Source of the DNA: Actinomycetes bacterium
Lineage (GTDB): Bacteria > Actinomycetota > Acidimicrobiia > Acidimicrobiales > JAKAOS01
Direction: 5' to 3'
DNA: 64,000 nucleotides
Assembly (NCBI GenBank): GCA_021795215.1
Contig: JAJYPS010000002.1
Coordinates: 2,748-66,747 of the forward strand
Position numbers and translations under genes: made by a program. Position 1 is the stretch's first letter. Each line of letters opens with the position of its first letter. The notes beneath the pieces were generated by a model. That model had not been told where the DNA came from. It saw only the letters and a list, made by a program, of their open reading frames with translations, and searched no databases. Shown piece by piece: positions 55,718 to 63,512 of the stretch.

Positions 55718-57241
55718 TCATTCGACGGGTGGTTCGGCCCCGACGCCGCTCAGAGCCACTCCTAGCCTTTTAGCCCTCACTACTGCTTGGAAGTACAAGA
55801 GGGCTCCGACGAGGATTGCTATGAGGGCCTGCAGCCAAGGTTGGTAGAGCAGAGCTTTGTGGGGCAGGACGATCACGGACCTGACGAGAACTATCGCTAT
55901 GGCGATACCCAGGATCGCCGCTACGGGAGCCAATGGCCCACCGGTCGCCTCGGTGGCCCAGGACTTACCCCAAAACCGGGATGGTCGCACGAAGCGCACG
56001 TTGAGCACCCCTGCCCCGAGCACAGCCAGCACGACGAGGATGCCGAGAGACCGGATCACCACGCCAGCCGTGAACCCCGTCAGGGCAGTCTCGACCAGGA
56101 AGCACGACCCCGCAGCTGCTGTGACGGCAAGAGCAACCGTCGGCGCCTTGTGGCGGTTTGTCCTGGCGAACGCCTCAGGAAGCAGCAGATCCTGTCCCAA
56201 GGCGAAGAGGGTCCTCGATGTGGCCATGAACTGGGGCACGAGCGTCTTGGCCACGATCACGGTCACCACGAGGCTGAAGATGGCCGACACTGCTCTTGGA
56301 GCGATCAGGGACATAACCCCTGGGATGGTTGTCAGAGCCGTGTGCCCGTGCTTCGCAAGCTGAGGCACGGACCACCACGGCATTACAATGAACACTGCAA
56401 ATGTGACTGAACTGTACAGCACCAGGGCGGCGGCCCATGCGAGAAGGATCCCTCTAGGCAGTGTCCCCCGGGGGTGCTGCGCTTCACCGCCCAAAGTGGG
56501 TGCAGCGTTGATTCCTCCATACGCGAAGACGAGGAGCGCCATGACTGAGATAAACCCTCCGACCGTCGGCCCGGACGAATGCGGGCGAGACAAGGCCATT
56601 CCTGTGACGTGGCGAGCGTTCGTAAGGAACTGGGCGGCTGGTGTGACCAGAGCGAAGACCACCACTGTCACCGCTGACGCGATGATGACACCGAGCAGGA
56701 CCTTTACCGCTATCGAGTAGGCACGAACGCCAGCGACGTGCAACCCGAACACGACCCATATGACTCCCAAGCCCACGATGATATGGCCGATCGCACTGGA
56801 TACCTGGGGCGACCCGGGTATGCCGGAGCTGGCGAGGGTCTGGGCCAAAAACGTACCGGCGGCGAATGACACCACTCCGATTCCGCCTGCTACACCTGCC
56901 AGCCAGACCACAGTCGTGATGAATGCGACTGGAAGCGAGAGCGTTCGGCTTATCCAGCCAAAGGTAGAACCGGATGTCGGCATAGCTTTCCCAAAGCGCA
57001 TGAAGAGATAGACCTTTGGCAGCAGGACGATGCCCGTTGCCAGGATTGCCAGTGGGACCAGGCCGTGGACACCTGGATAGGCGCCGACACTTTGAGGAGC
57101 CACGAAGTTGATGCCTGAGCCGTACTCGTTCGCTACCGCAGATGCGACCACGGTGCCCACGCCGATCACCTTGGCAAGTCGCATCCGGTCGTGGCCGGCT
57201 CGCTGGGTGGCCCCGAGCCGATCCCGGCTGGTTTCGGTCAC
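55718..57241 (-). CDS. APC-superfamily amino acid/polyamine permease
   Basis: 12-TM layout with N-terminal VIGVGTVVASAVANEYGSGINF. The gene is visibly lower in GC than its neighbours. Confidence 0.75.
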   Translation of the reverse strand: MTETSRDRLGATQRAGHDRMRLAKVIGVGTVVASAVANEYGSGINFVAPQSVGAYPGVHGLVPLAILATGIVLLPKVYLFMRFGKAMPTSGSTFGWISRTLSLPVAFITTVVWLAGVAGGIGVVSFAAGTFLAQTLASSGIPGSPQVSSAIGHIIVGLGVIWVVFGLHVAGVRAYSIAVKVLLGVIIASAVTVVVFALVTPAAQFLTNARHVTGMALSRPHSSGPTVGGFISVMALLVFAYGGINAAPTLGGEAQHPRGTLPRGILLAWAAALVLYSSVTFAVFIVMPWWSVPQLAKHGHTALTTIPGVMSLIAPRAVSAIFSLVVTVIVAKTLVPQFMATSRTLFALGQDLLLPEAFARTNRHKAPTVALAVTAAAGSCFLVETALTGFTAGVVIRSLGILVVLAVLGAGVLNVRFVRPSRFWGKSWATEATGGPLAPVAAILGIAIAIVLVRSVIVLPHKALLYQPWLQALIAILVGALLYFQAVVRAKRLGVALSGVGAEPPVE

Positions 57242-57315
57242 ACGCCATCCTCTCCACCTCGGGGCCGCACGCAGACTTCAGCCACGCCACTGATTCCGAT
57301 ACTGCCGCCTGAACC

Positions 57316-57426
57316 TGAACGAGCGCCTGTCGTGGGATCGAGGATATCTCGAAGGCCATCTCCGAGGAGGGTGAATACCGCCAGGATCGAAGTTCGAAGG
57401 TCCAGAGTGGCAAGCAGGACGATAGG
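57316..57426 (-). pseudogene. C-terminal remnant of an OppC/DppC-type ABC permease
   Basis: It translates to PIVLLATLDLRTSILAVFTLLGDGLRDILDPTTGARS. NLLGDGLRDxLDP is the conserved extreme C-terminus of binding-protein-dependent peptide permeases. No upstream permease body is present. Confidence 0.6.
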
Positions 57427-57492
57427 CGTGGGACAGACATGGACGCCTTTCCGACCCAGCACGTCCTTCGCTGCAATGGAGGGTTCAGAGGG

Positions 57493-59172
57493 TCAGAGCG
57501 CGGCGACGCCGCTCCCGAGCGTCCTCGGGTCGGCGCTACCCTCCAGCACGCCGTCACGGACCACGATGGCGTGGGCGTGACCGAAGGTGCCTTGGTAAGG
57601 GTCGGATCGCACGATGGTGTGGCCGAGCCGGGTGAGTCCCTCAGCCCAGCCGGCGGGGGCCTGACCCTCTACGGCGACGACTGTGCGGTCCGCCGCCTCC
57701 CATGTGTCGAACCCGGACGGGCGAAGCCCGGCGAAGCCGGCCGGTGCGGAGAGACCCCACCTGCCTGCAGGGACCGCTTCGGACGCCAGCTGGCCGAGTT
57801 GCAGCAGACGGGCCAGGAGCTGCAGCAAGATCTGCGGCTGGCGGTCTCCGCCCATCGATCCGATCGCCGCTGAAAAGCGGCCTGCGCGATCGGTGACCAG
57901 AGTCGGGCAGAGAGTGGACGGCGGCCTACGGTGGGGGCCGTACGCGGCGGGATGGGTCGGATCGAGGCTGAACCCGGTGCCGCGGTTGTGCAGGAAGATG
58001 CCGGTGGTCGGCTCGATAAGGCCACTGCCGAACCCGGACGCGTTCGACTGCACCAGGCTGACTGCATCACCGTCGGAAGTCGCCGCCAGACAGGCGATGG
58101 TGTCCCCGTTGCCGTAGCGGCCGGCCAGAGGCGACGTGCGGGTGGGATCTATCGCACGACGGCGACGCTCCAGTCGTGACGGGGCCAGCAGAGCCTGACC
58201 GTCGGCGCTTTCGTGCAGCACGTCCAGGCGATCGTGGCCGGCCTGCCGTGCGGCCTCCACCAGCAGGTGAGCCCACAGAGGATCGTGCCCGTCGCCGGGA
58301 AGGTCCAGCCCCTGAGCGATCCACGCCCCTGCGAGCGTCAAGTATCCCTGGGACGGCGGCGGCACGGTCCAGATGGTCGACCCCCACGCCTCGATCTGCA
58401 GCGGCTCCACCCAGTCGGCCTGGCACTCGGCGAGGTCGGCCGCGGTGAATTCGCCGCCAGCCAACTCCATCAGGCCGCGGCCGAACCGGCCCTGATAGAA
58501 GCCGTCCCGCCCGTCGGCTGCTATGGCTTCGAGCGCTTCGGCCACTCCGGTCCGGCGGACCAGCGCTCCTGGGACGGGTGGCCCTCCGTCGAGGAGCGGT
58601 TCGGCGCCGGCAAGGTGGGCCACAGTGGGGATGGCCGCAGCCAGCGTCGGCGACGCCGGGAAGCCCGACGAGGCGTACTGCCGGGCCGGTTCCAGCACTT
58701 GTGCCAGCGGAAGCCGGCCCAGTCGCCGGTGAAGCTCCACCCATCCGTCCACGCAACCGGGTACCGGCACGGCGGCAGGATGGCCGTGAGGTGGTATCGA
58801 CCGGTGACCGTCCGCCAGCAGCCGCTGCAGGTCGGCACCGGAGCCGGCTCGCCCCGCCGCGCACAGGGCGACCACCGGTGGACCTCCGGACGGAATCGTG
58901 TGGGGGTCCTTCTCGCCGGGCGATTCCCCTCCTGCCGCCGGCGTGCCTCCTGGACGGGTGCTGCCGTGGGAGGCGACCGCCCACAGGTCTCCTCCCATGC
59001 CGCACAGGTGGGGCGTCGTGACGGCCAGGACGGCCGACGTGGCCACCGCCGCGTCGGCGGCCGAACCGCCGGCGGTCAGCATGGCCAGGCCGGCCTGGGC
59101 GGCCAGGTGGTCCGGTGCCGCCACCATCGCACGTCCGGAGTAGACCGACTGTACCGGCGCCAGGGTGACCAT
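57493..59172 (-). CDS. ggt: gamma-glutamyltransferase family protein
   Basis: VAAPDHLAAQAGLAMLTAGGSAADAAVA ... GMGGDLWAV, and the autoprocessing/nucleophile region GNGDTIACLAATSDGDAVSLVQSNASGFGSG. Confidence 0.85.
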   Translation of the reverse strand: MVTLAPVQSVYSGRAMVAAPDHLAAQAGLAMLTAGGSAADAAVATSAVLAVTTPHLCGMGGDLWAVASHGSTRPGGTPAAGGESPGEKDPHTIPSGGPPVVALCAAGRAGSGADLQRLLADGHRSIPPHGHPAAVPVPGCVDGWVELHRRLGRLPLAQVLEPARQYASSGFPASPTLAAAIPTVAHLAGAEPLLDGGPPVPGALVRRTGVAEALEAIAADGRDGFYQGRFGRGLMELAGGEFTAADLAECQADWVEPLQIEAWGSTIWTVPPPSQGYLTLAGAWIAQGLDLPGDGHDPLWAHLLVEAARQAGHDRLDVLHESADGQALLAPSRLERRRRAIDPTRTSPLAGRYGNGDTIACLAATSDGDAVSLVQSNASGFGSGLIEPTTGIFLHNRGTGFSLDPTHPAAYGPHRRPPSTLCPTLVTDRAGRFSAAIGSMGGDRQPQILLQLLARLLQLGQLASEAVPAGRWGLSAPAGFAGLRPSGFDTWEAADRTVVAVEGQAPAGWAEGLTRLGHTIVRSDPYQGTFGHAHAIVVRDGVLEGSADPRTLGSGVAAL

Positions 59173-59287
59173 CCAGGGAGGCTATCGGACCCGGTGCGCA
59201 CGTCGAAGGGCCGATACCTGTCCGGCGCGGGCCGGCCGGTCGGGACCACAGGCGGGTCTGGGCGCCGGCCAGCTGGCCGGCGGGGGC

Positions 59288-59393
59288 GCACTGGCCGGCT
59301 GGGTTGGCTGGATGTCGTCGGCAGGCGGCGGGTTGGCGGGGCACTGGCCGGCTGGGTTGGCTGGATGTCGTCGGCAGGCCGGGGGTTGGCGGT
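59288..59393. repeat. 53-bp tandem duplication (2 copies, 3 mismatches, plus an upstream partial copy)
   Basis: gcactggccggctgggttggctggatgtcgtcggcaggcggcgggttggcggg and gcactggccggctgggttggctggatgtcgtcggcaggccgggggttggcggt, in the divergent ggt/GNAT intergenic region. Confidence 0.9.
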
Positions 59394-59435
59394 GTCTTCT
59401 TGACCTGACACTGCCCGAGATGGACTATTGGGCAA

Positions 59436-60002
59436 GTGGAGCCGGACATGCCGCAAGGGAGGACGGAGGTGCCGGCTGGAGTGGAGATCGCGGCGGTCAG
59501 CGGAGTGGCGACGTGGGATCTGCGCCGCCGGGTGCTGCGGGGCGGACGGGCCGACGCCAAGGTGACCTTCGCCGGAGACGACGATCCCACGAGCTTCCAC
59601 CTGGGGGCATACGTCTCCACTCGGACCCAGCTGGGGCTCGGGGAGGCGTCGGGGAGTGCATGTGGGCCGGGACTGGCCGGAGTGTTGTCCGTGCTGCCGG
59701 AATCTGTGCTGCCGGAATCGCTGCATGTGGCTGAATCCGGGCTACAGATGGGGGCCAAGGGGCCGTCGTTCCGACTTAGAGGTATGGCGGTCGATCCGGC
59801 GTGGCAGGGACGCAAAGTTGGAACGGCACTCTGGAGAGCGGCAGCCGGCGAATTGCGGAACAGGGGTGCAGAACTGTGCTGGGCGAACGCACGGGACTCG
59901 GCACTGCCGTTCTACGCGCACCTCGGTTGGCGGGTCGTGGGGGAGGGCTTCACCGGTGAGCAGGGAGTGCCTCATCACCTGGTGGTGATCGAACTGAACT
60001 GA
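59436..60002 (+). CDS. GNAT-family N-acetyltransferase
   Basis: Acetyl-CoA binding motif MAVDPAWQGRKVGTALW plus ARDSALPFYAHLGWRVVGE. It has an internal 15-bp duplication (SVLPESVLPES). The start is uncertain. Confidence 0.75.
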   Translation: MEPDMPQGRTEVPAGVEIAAVSGVATWDLRRRVLRGGRADAKVTFAGDDDPTSFHLGAYVSTRTQLGLGEASGSACGPGLAGVLSVLPESVLPESLHVAESGLQMGAKGPSFRLRGMAVDPAWQGRKVGTALWRAAAGELRNRGAELCWANARDSALPFYAHLGWRVVGEGFTGEQGVPHHLVVIELN

Positions 60003-60098
60003 CCGGCGGGAGGCGGCGGTGGTGACGGGTGGCGAAGCAAGCGGAGCGACTTGCGGTCGGAGCGGATCGGTCGGCCGGAGCGGCGACCGGCGTCTTGG

Positions 60099-60359
60099 TC
60101 ACCAGGGGCCAGGCGGATGTTCGGGCGACGCGGACGTTCGTGGGCGGGCGTTCCGGAACAGTCGCAGGAGCATGAGGCCAAGCAACGCCGTAGCAAGGGT
60201 GATGGAGGCTGCGAGAGAGAAGACTATGCCCGCCGGCCAATTTCCGCGTACGAAAAAGGAGCCGGCGGCTGTGGCGGAGACGATCGCCCCGACAGCCTGC
60301 ACGACCACCGAGCGGACGATCCGCCGAACTACCGTGGCTGTCGCCGGCCGATCAGTCAC
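60099..60359 (-). CDS. small two-TM membrane protein (hypothetical)
   Basis: 86 aa with VVVQAVGAIVSATAAGSFFV and GIVFSLAASITLATALLGLMLL. It lies 29 nt downstream of the lipoprotein gene. Confidence 0.4.
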   Translation of the reverse strand: MTDRPATATVVRRIVRSVVVQAVGAIVSATAAGSFFVRGNWPAGIVFSLAASITLATALLGLMLLRLFRNARPRTSASPEHPPGPW

Positions 60360-60387
60360 AGCGAGGGACTCCGGGCCGGGAGAGGCG

Positions 60388-61281
60388 TCAGGGTCGCCCG
60401 CCGTTCAGGACCTGACTGTAGGCGTCGTACAGCGCCTGGTCACTGGAGAGGGTAGCAAGCCGCTTACCGTTCCTGGACACGGCGACAAAGTTGCATGAAC
60501 CGACGCGGTAGGAGATGTCGGGTGGTGCGGAAGCGCTGGTGGCGAACGCGATGACATAGCTGGTGCCCAGCTCTGCTGGACAACTGATCGCGCCCGGCAG
60601 CGGAGCGGGCAGGTTGTCGACAGCCCGGACCAGCCTCGAGACCGTGGCCCGGGTGGTGACCAGGACGCTGCGTGGTGCGGGCAGGCCAGGGTTGTTCGGA
60701 TTCGACTCGACGATCGACACGACCGCTACGTGGTCCTGGGGCGGAACGGTCGTCCCCGGCGGCTTCGCCGGCCTCCATGTGACCTGGGCGTCGACCCGCA
60801 GGGCGGTTTTGCCGCCGGTCACGGGTGCCACCGAGATCAGGAGGGAAGCGGAGTCAACACCCGGAGGCATCCCGCCGATCTGGTCGTCGACCCAGCGCAG
60901 GGTAGTGGAACCGTGATCGGCAGCACTGCCGGTGCCGCTCCCGGCCGCCGTGAAACCCACCGGCCGGTGCGTCAGCAGGTACTCGAAGGAGCCGCTCGGA
61001 GCCTCGGGAGCCAGGCCGAAGCGGCTCATGCCGACCAGGTCCGGAGTTGCCGTGGACTGCGGCGGGCTTCGCAGTGCTGCAGTCGGTGGGTTGGGGGAGC
61101 TCTTCGTGCCAGGCGGTAGGAGCGCTCGCCGCAGCAACGATCGTGCCAAGGCGGTCGCTGCTATCCGACTGTGCACTGATCTCGGCACACGGGACGTGGT
61201 CGCCGGGGTCGACCAGCCCCCGCTGCAGCCACCCAACGTCAGCAAGCCCAAGGCGACCATCGCCGATGCCGCTCGTCGCAT
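60388..61281 (-). CDS. lipoprotein of unknown function
   Basis: The Met at 61281 gives MRRAASAMVALGLLTLGGCSGG, a signal peptide plus lipobox. The body is beta-rich with no recognised motif. Confidence 0.6.
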   Translation of the reverse strand: MRRAASAMVALGLLTLGGCSGGWSTPATTSRVPRSVHSRIAATALARSLLRRALLPPGTKSSPNPPTAALRSPPQSTATPDLVGMSRFGLAPEAPSGSFEYLLTHRPVGFTAAGSGTGSAADHGSTTLRWVDDQIGGMPPGVDSASLLISVAPVTGGKTALRVDAQVTWRPAKPPGTTVPPQDHVAVVSIVESNPNNPGLPAPRSVLVTTRATVSRLVRAVDNLPAPLPGAISCPAELGTSYVIAFATSASAPPDISYRVGSCNFVAVSRNGKRLATLSSDQALYDAYSQVLNGGRP

Positions 61282-61451
61282 GGTCGTCACGGTAGTAAGA
61301 CTGCCCGGAGGTTGTGGAGGTTCCCCGTTCCTCGAGCCGGGATGGGAGACGCCTACGAACCAGTGCAACCGGTGGGGCTCACCGCAGTCCTGGCACCGCT
61401 CGCCTTCGCCGGGAGCCTGGCGGACATCACCATATCGAAGTGGTCAGAAGC

Positions 61452-61772
61452 CCAGGCGAGGCAGCTCTCAGCAGGCTCGTCGGGGATCTCTCCACCGGGA
61501 GCGCGACCTTCGCGACCAAGTGGGCTCGTCACGACGTTCGCTTCCATCGGAGCGCCCACAAGCAACTCCGCACCACCGTCGTCGGCGAGATCGAACTGAC
61601 CGGCGACGCGCTCGAACTCCCTGGTCAGGGGCTGACCGTCATTGTCTACACGGCGGAGGCAGGCAGCCCGGCCCGGCAGCAGCTCGACTTCTCGGCGAGT
61701 TGGGCGCCCGGCCCGGAGACCGTTGCGCTCGGCGGGCGTTCCTCGACCACCAGAGGATGGCTAGGTACTTAG
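61452..61772 (+). pseudogene. C-terminal remnant of an MmyB-like HTH regulator (ligand-binding domain only)
   Basis: PGEAALSRLVGDLSTGSATFATKWARHDVRFHRSAHKQLRTTVVGEIELTGDALELPGQGLTVIVYTAEAGSPARQQLDFSASW matches the conserved C-terminus of MmyB-family regulators. No HTH domain and no N-terminal half of the ligand-binding domain is present in any frame. Confidence 0.6.
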
Positions 61773-61777
61773 GTACC
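61764..61777. promoter_or_regulatory. candidate operator GGTAC-TTAG-GTACC (also a TAGGTAC direct repeat)
   Basis: A 14-bp dyad ending 17 bp upstream of the RHH gene start at 61794. Confidence 0.35.
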
Positions 61778-61793
61778 GATACACTGAGTAGCC

Positions 61794-62072
61794 ATGAGCC
61801 AGGCGCCCATCAAGGTGGATGAGGGAACCAAGGAGCGGATCCGCTATCTTGCGGCGCTCATCGACACCACCCAAGCGGATGTCGTCGACCGGGCCGTCCG
61901 TGAGTACGCCGTCCGGCACGCCGATCTCGTCGAGAAGGGCATCGATCACGCTCGCTCCGTGCTCGGCGCGGGTCACGCCGCCATCGCCGCACATCTCCTC
62001 GACGTTCCGGTCGACGCAGTCGAGGGCGTGGCCGGTGGACGAAGTCGCCCGGCTAACGCATCCCGAGCCTGA
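61794..62072 (+). CDS. ribbon-helix-helix (CopG/antitoxin-like) DNA-binding protein
   Basis: The N-terminus PIKVDEGTKERIRYLAALIDTTQADVVDRAVREYAVRH has the beta-strand plus two-helix RHH pattern. Confidence 0.5.
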   Translation: MSQAPIKVDEGTKERIRYLAALIDTTQADVVDRAVREYAVRHADLVEKGIDHARSVLGAGHAAIAAHLLDVPVDAVEGVAGGRSRPANASRA

Positions 62073-62787
62073 CCGCCTCGAACCATCCGACGTCACCGGT
62101 CGGCCAATCGTTCCTCGCCTCGAACTCCGCCGGGGCGAGATGCTCCTCCACTGCGGCAAACAGCAGGTCTCGAACTTCGGGTCGGATGAAGTTGCCGTCG
62201 ACGGCGCGCACGCTGATGGCGCACCATAACTCCTCGACTCCGTCGCTGCGGTAGACGAGAGCCCGAGCCGGAAGCCACCCATCCAGGTCGCGGTCGTGCT
62301 CGGTCCCGGGGTCGTCCCGAGACCCATCAACCAGTCCGAACACCGCTTCCCGGACTCGCTGGAACGAGCGGATCGCCTCCTCCGCCTGATCGCGCAGCCG
62401 GTCGTCGTTGGTCGGCAACAGCCGACCGTCCTGGTGCAGACCCTCGAACCACTGGTAGGCGTCGTCGTCAGATCCGTCCTCGCGGTGCCGGACCGCACAC
62501 AGCCAGACGATGCCCGACTCGTCCTCGACCCACGTGGCGCCGCGCTCCGACGAGACTCGCAGCCGGTAGAGCAGTGGATGGTCGATGGCGAGGATCCGCT
62601 TCTGGCCGGTCGGCGAGGTCGGTGCGACGCGCCGCAACTCGACCAGCCACGGATCGTCCAACTCACCGAGGTCGGTGGTCAGGTCCGGTAGCTCGACGCC
62701 GAGATCCTCGACCAAGCACCGGATGGTCGGCCGAGCCCTTCGGATGTCGCTCATGTCGGCAGCCGATCGTACGTGCGCGATCCTCAA
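62053..62787 (-). CDS. hypothetical protein (acidic, no recognised family)
   Basis: It has consistent high-GC codon usage. The start is possibly the Met at 62754 (MSDIRRARP). It contains LYRLRVSSERGATWVEDESGIVWLCAVRHRE, a segment reminiscent of the RelE/ParE beta-sheet core. Confidence 0.5.
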   Translation of the reverse strand: MRIAHVRSAADMSDIRRARPTIRCLVEDLGVELPDLTTDLGELDDPWLVELRRVAPTSPTGQKRILAIDHPLLYRLRVSSERGATWVEDESGIVWLCAVRHREDGSDDDAYQWFEGLHQDGRLLPTNDDRLRDQAEEAIRSFQRVREAVFGLVDGSRDDPGTEHDRDLDGWLPARALVYRSDGVEELWCAISVRAVDGNFIRPEVRDLLFAAVEEHLAPAEFEARNDWPTGDVGWFEAVRLGMR

Positions 62788-63146
62788 GAGTTAGCCCCTA
62801 CGGGCACGGCTCGGCCGAAATCCGCACCAGACGGCGGCACCCGATGGCCCCGGGCACCGAGGCAATGACGCGGCTTGCCAAGAGACGACGATGTCGCTCT
62901 CAAGATGCGACCCGTTCGAGTAGCAAGCCAGTAGCGGCATTTCAGAGCGATCTGCATCCGTTACAGAAAGCAGATGCTCGATGTCCAAGGCGTTAGCTCG
63001 GTCGACGCTATCGCTGGGCCGACAAGGACATGCTGGAGCACACGGCATCTCGGCTCGCTGCTGCGGGCATGCTGCTGCTACTGCTTCACAAGCCACGCTC
63101 CTCTGACCAGCAGGGGGTTCGCGTGGACCTGACCAGGTATAGCGAG

Positions 63147-63219
63147 CGCGCTCGGAGGGATTCGAACCCCCAACCTTCTGATCCGTAGTCACACGCTCTA
63201 TCCGCTGAGCTACGAGCGC
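63147..63219 (-). tRNA. tRNA-Arg (anticodon ACG) with a G:G mismatch in the anticodon stem
   Basis: The reverse complement is GCGCTCGTAGCTCAGCGGATAGAGCGTGTGACTACGGATCAGAAGGTTGGGGGTTCGAATCCCTCCGAGCGCG. The acceptor stem is perfect, the T-loop is TTCGAAT and the anticodon loop is CTACGGA. The 28:42 position is G:G. Confidence 0.75.
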
Positions 63220-63462
63220 TTCGTGGACAGAGTAACGGCTTCGGCCTGCGGACCGGGGCTCGATCTGGGCTGGCGAAGGGCATTCCCAAGCGGAGGGCCG
63301 GAAGGGCGATCACACACCTTGGTGCAGTAGAGACCCGGCGGGTCAGGCGCCACTGGACGCCGAACCCGGGCCGGCACTCCAGCGTCCCGCGTTTCCGACC
63401 CCGCCGAGCCGCGAGCTCCTCAACCGCAAGGACGTGTGTGTGTGGATTGGAACGCACTGAAA

Positions 63463-63488
63463 GGATAAGAAGAGGATGCTTGTTATCC
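63463..63488. promoter_or_regulatory. imperfect inverted repeat GGATAAGAAG-N6-CTTGTTATCC
   Basis: 9 of 10 positions are complementary. It is AT-rich and ends 25 bp upstream of the ABC1 kinase start codon. Confidence 0.3.
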
Positions 63489-63512
63489 GAGCGGGATGGG
63501 GATAGTTCACGG

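Noticed and set aside
63220-63512. The ~290-bp non-coding stretch upstream of the ABC1 kinase, checked for a WhiB7-like gene or uORF (whiB7 neighbours the ABC1 gene in mycobacteria) or a structured RNA.
   Set aside because: No WhiB-type Cys-rich ORF is present. There is only a GGCttcgGCC tetraloop hairpin, a (GT)5 run and the inverted repeat already listed, and I recognised no RNA family.
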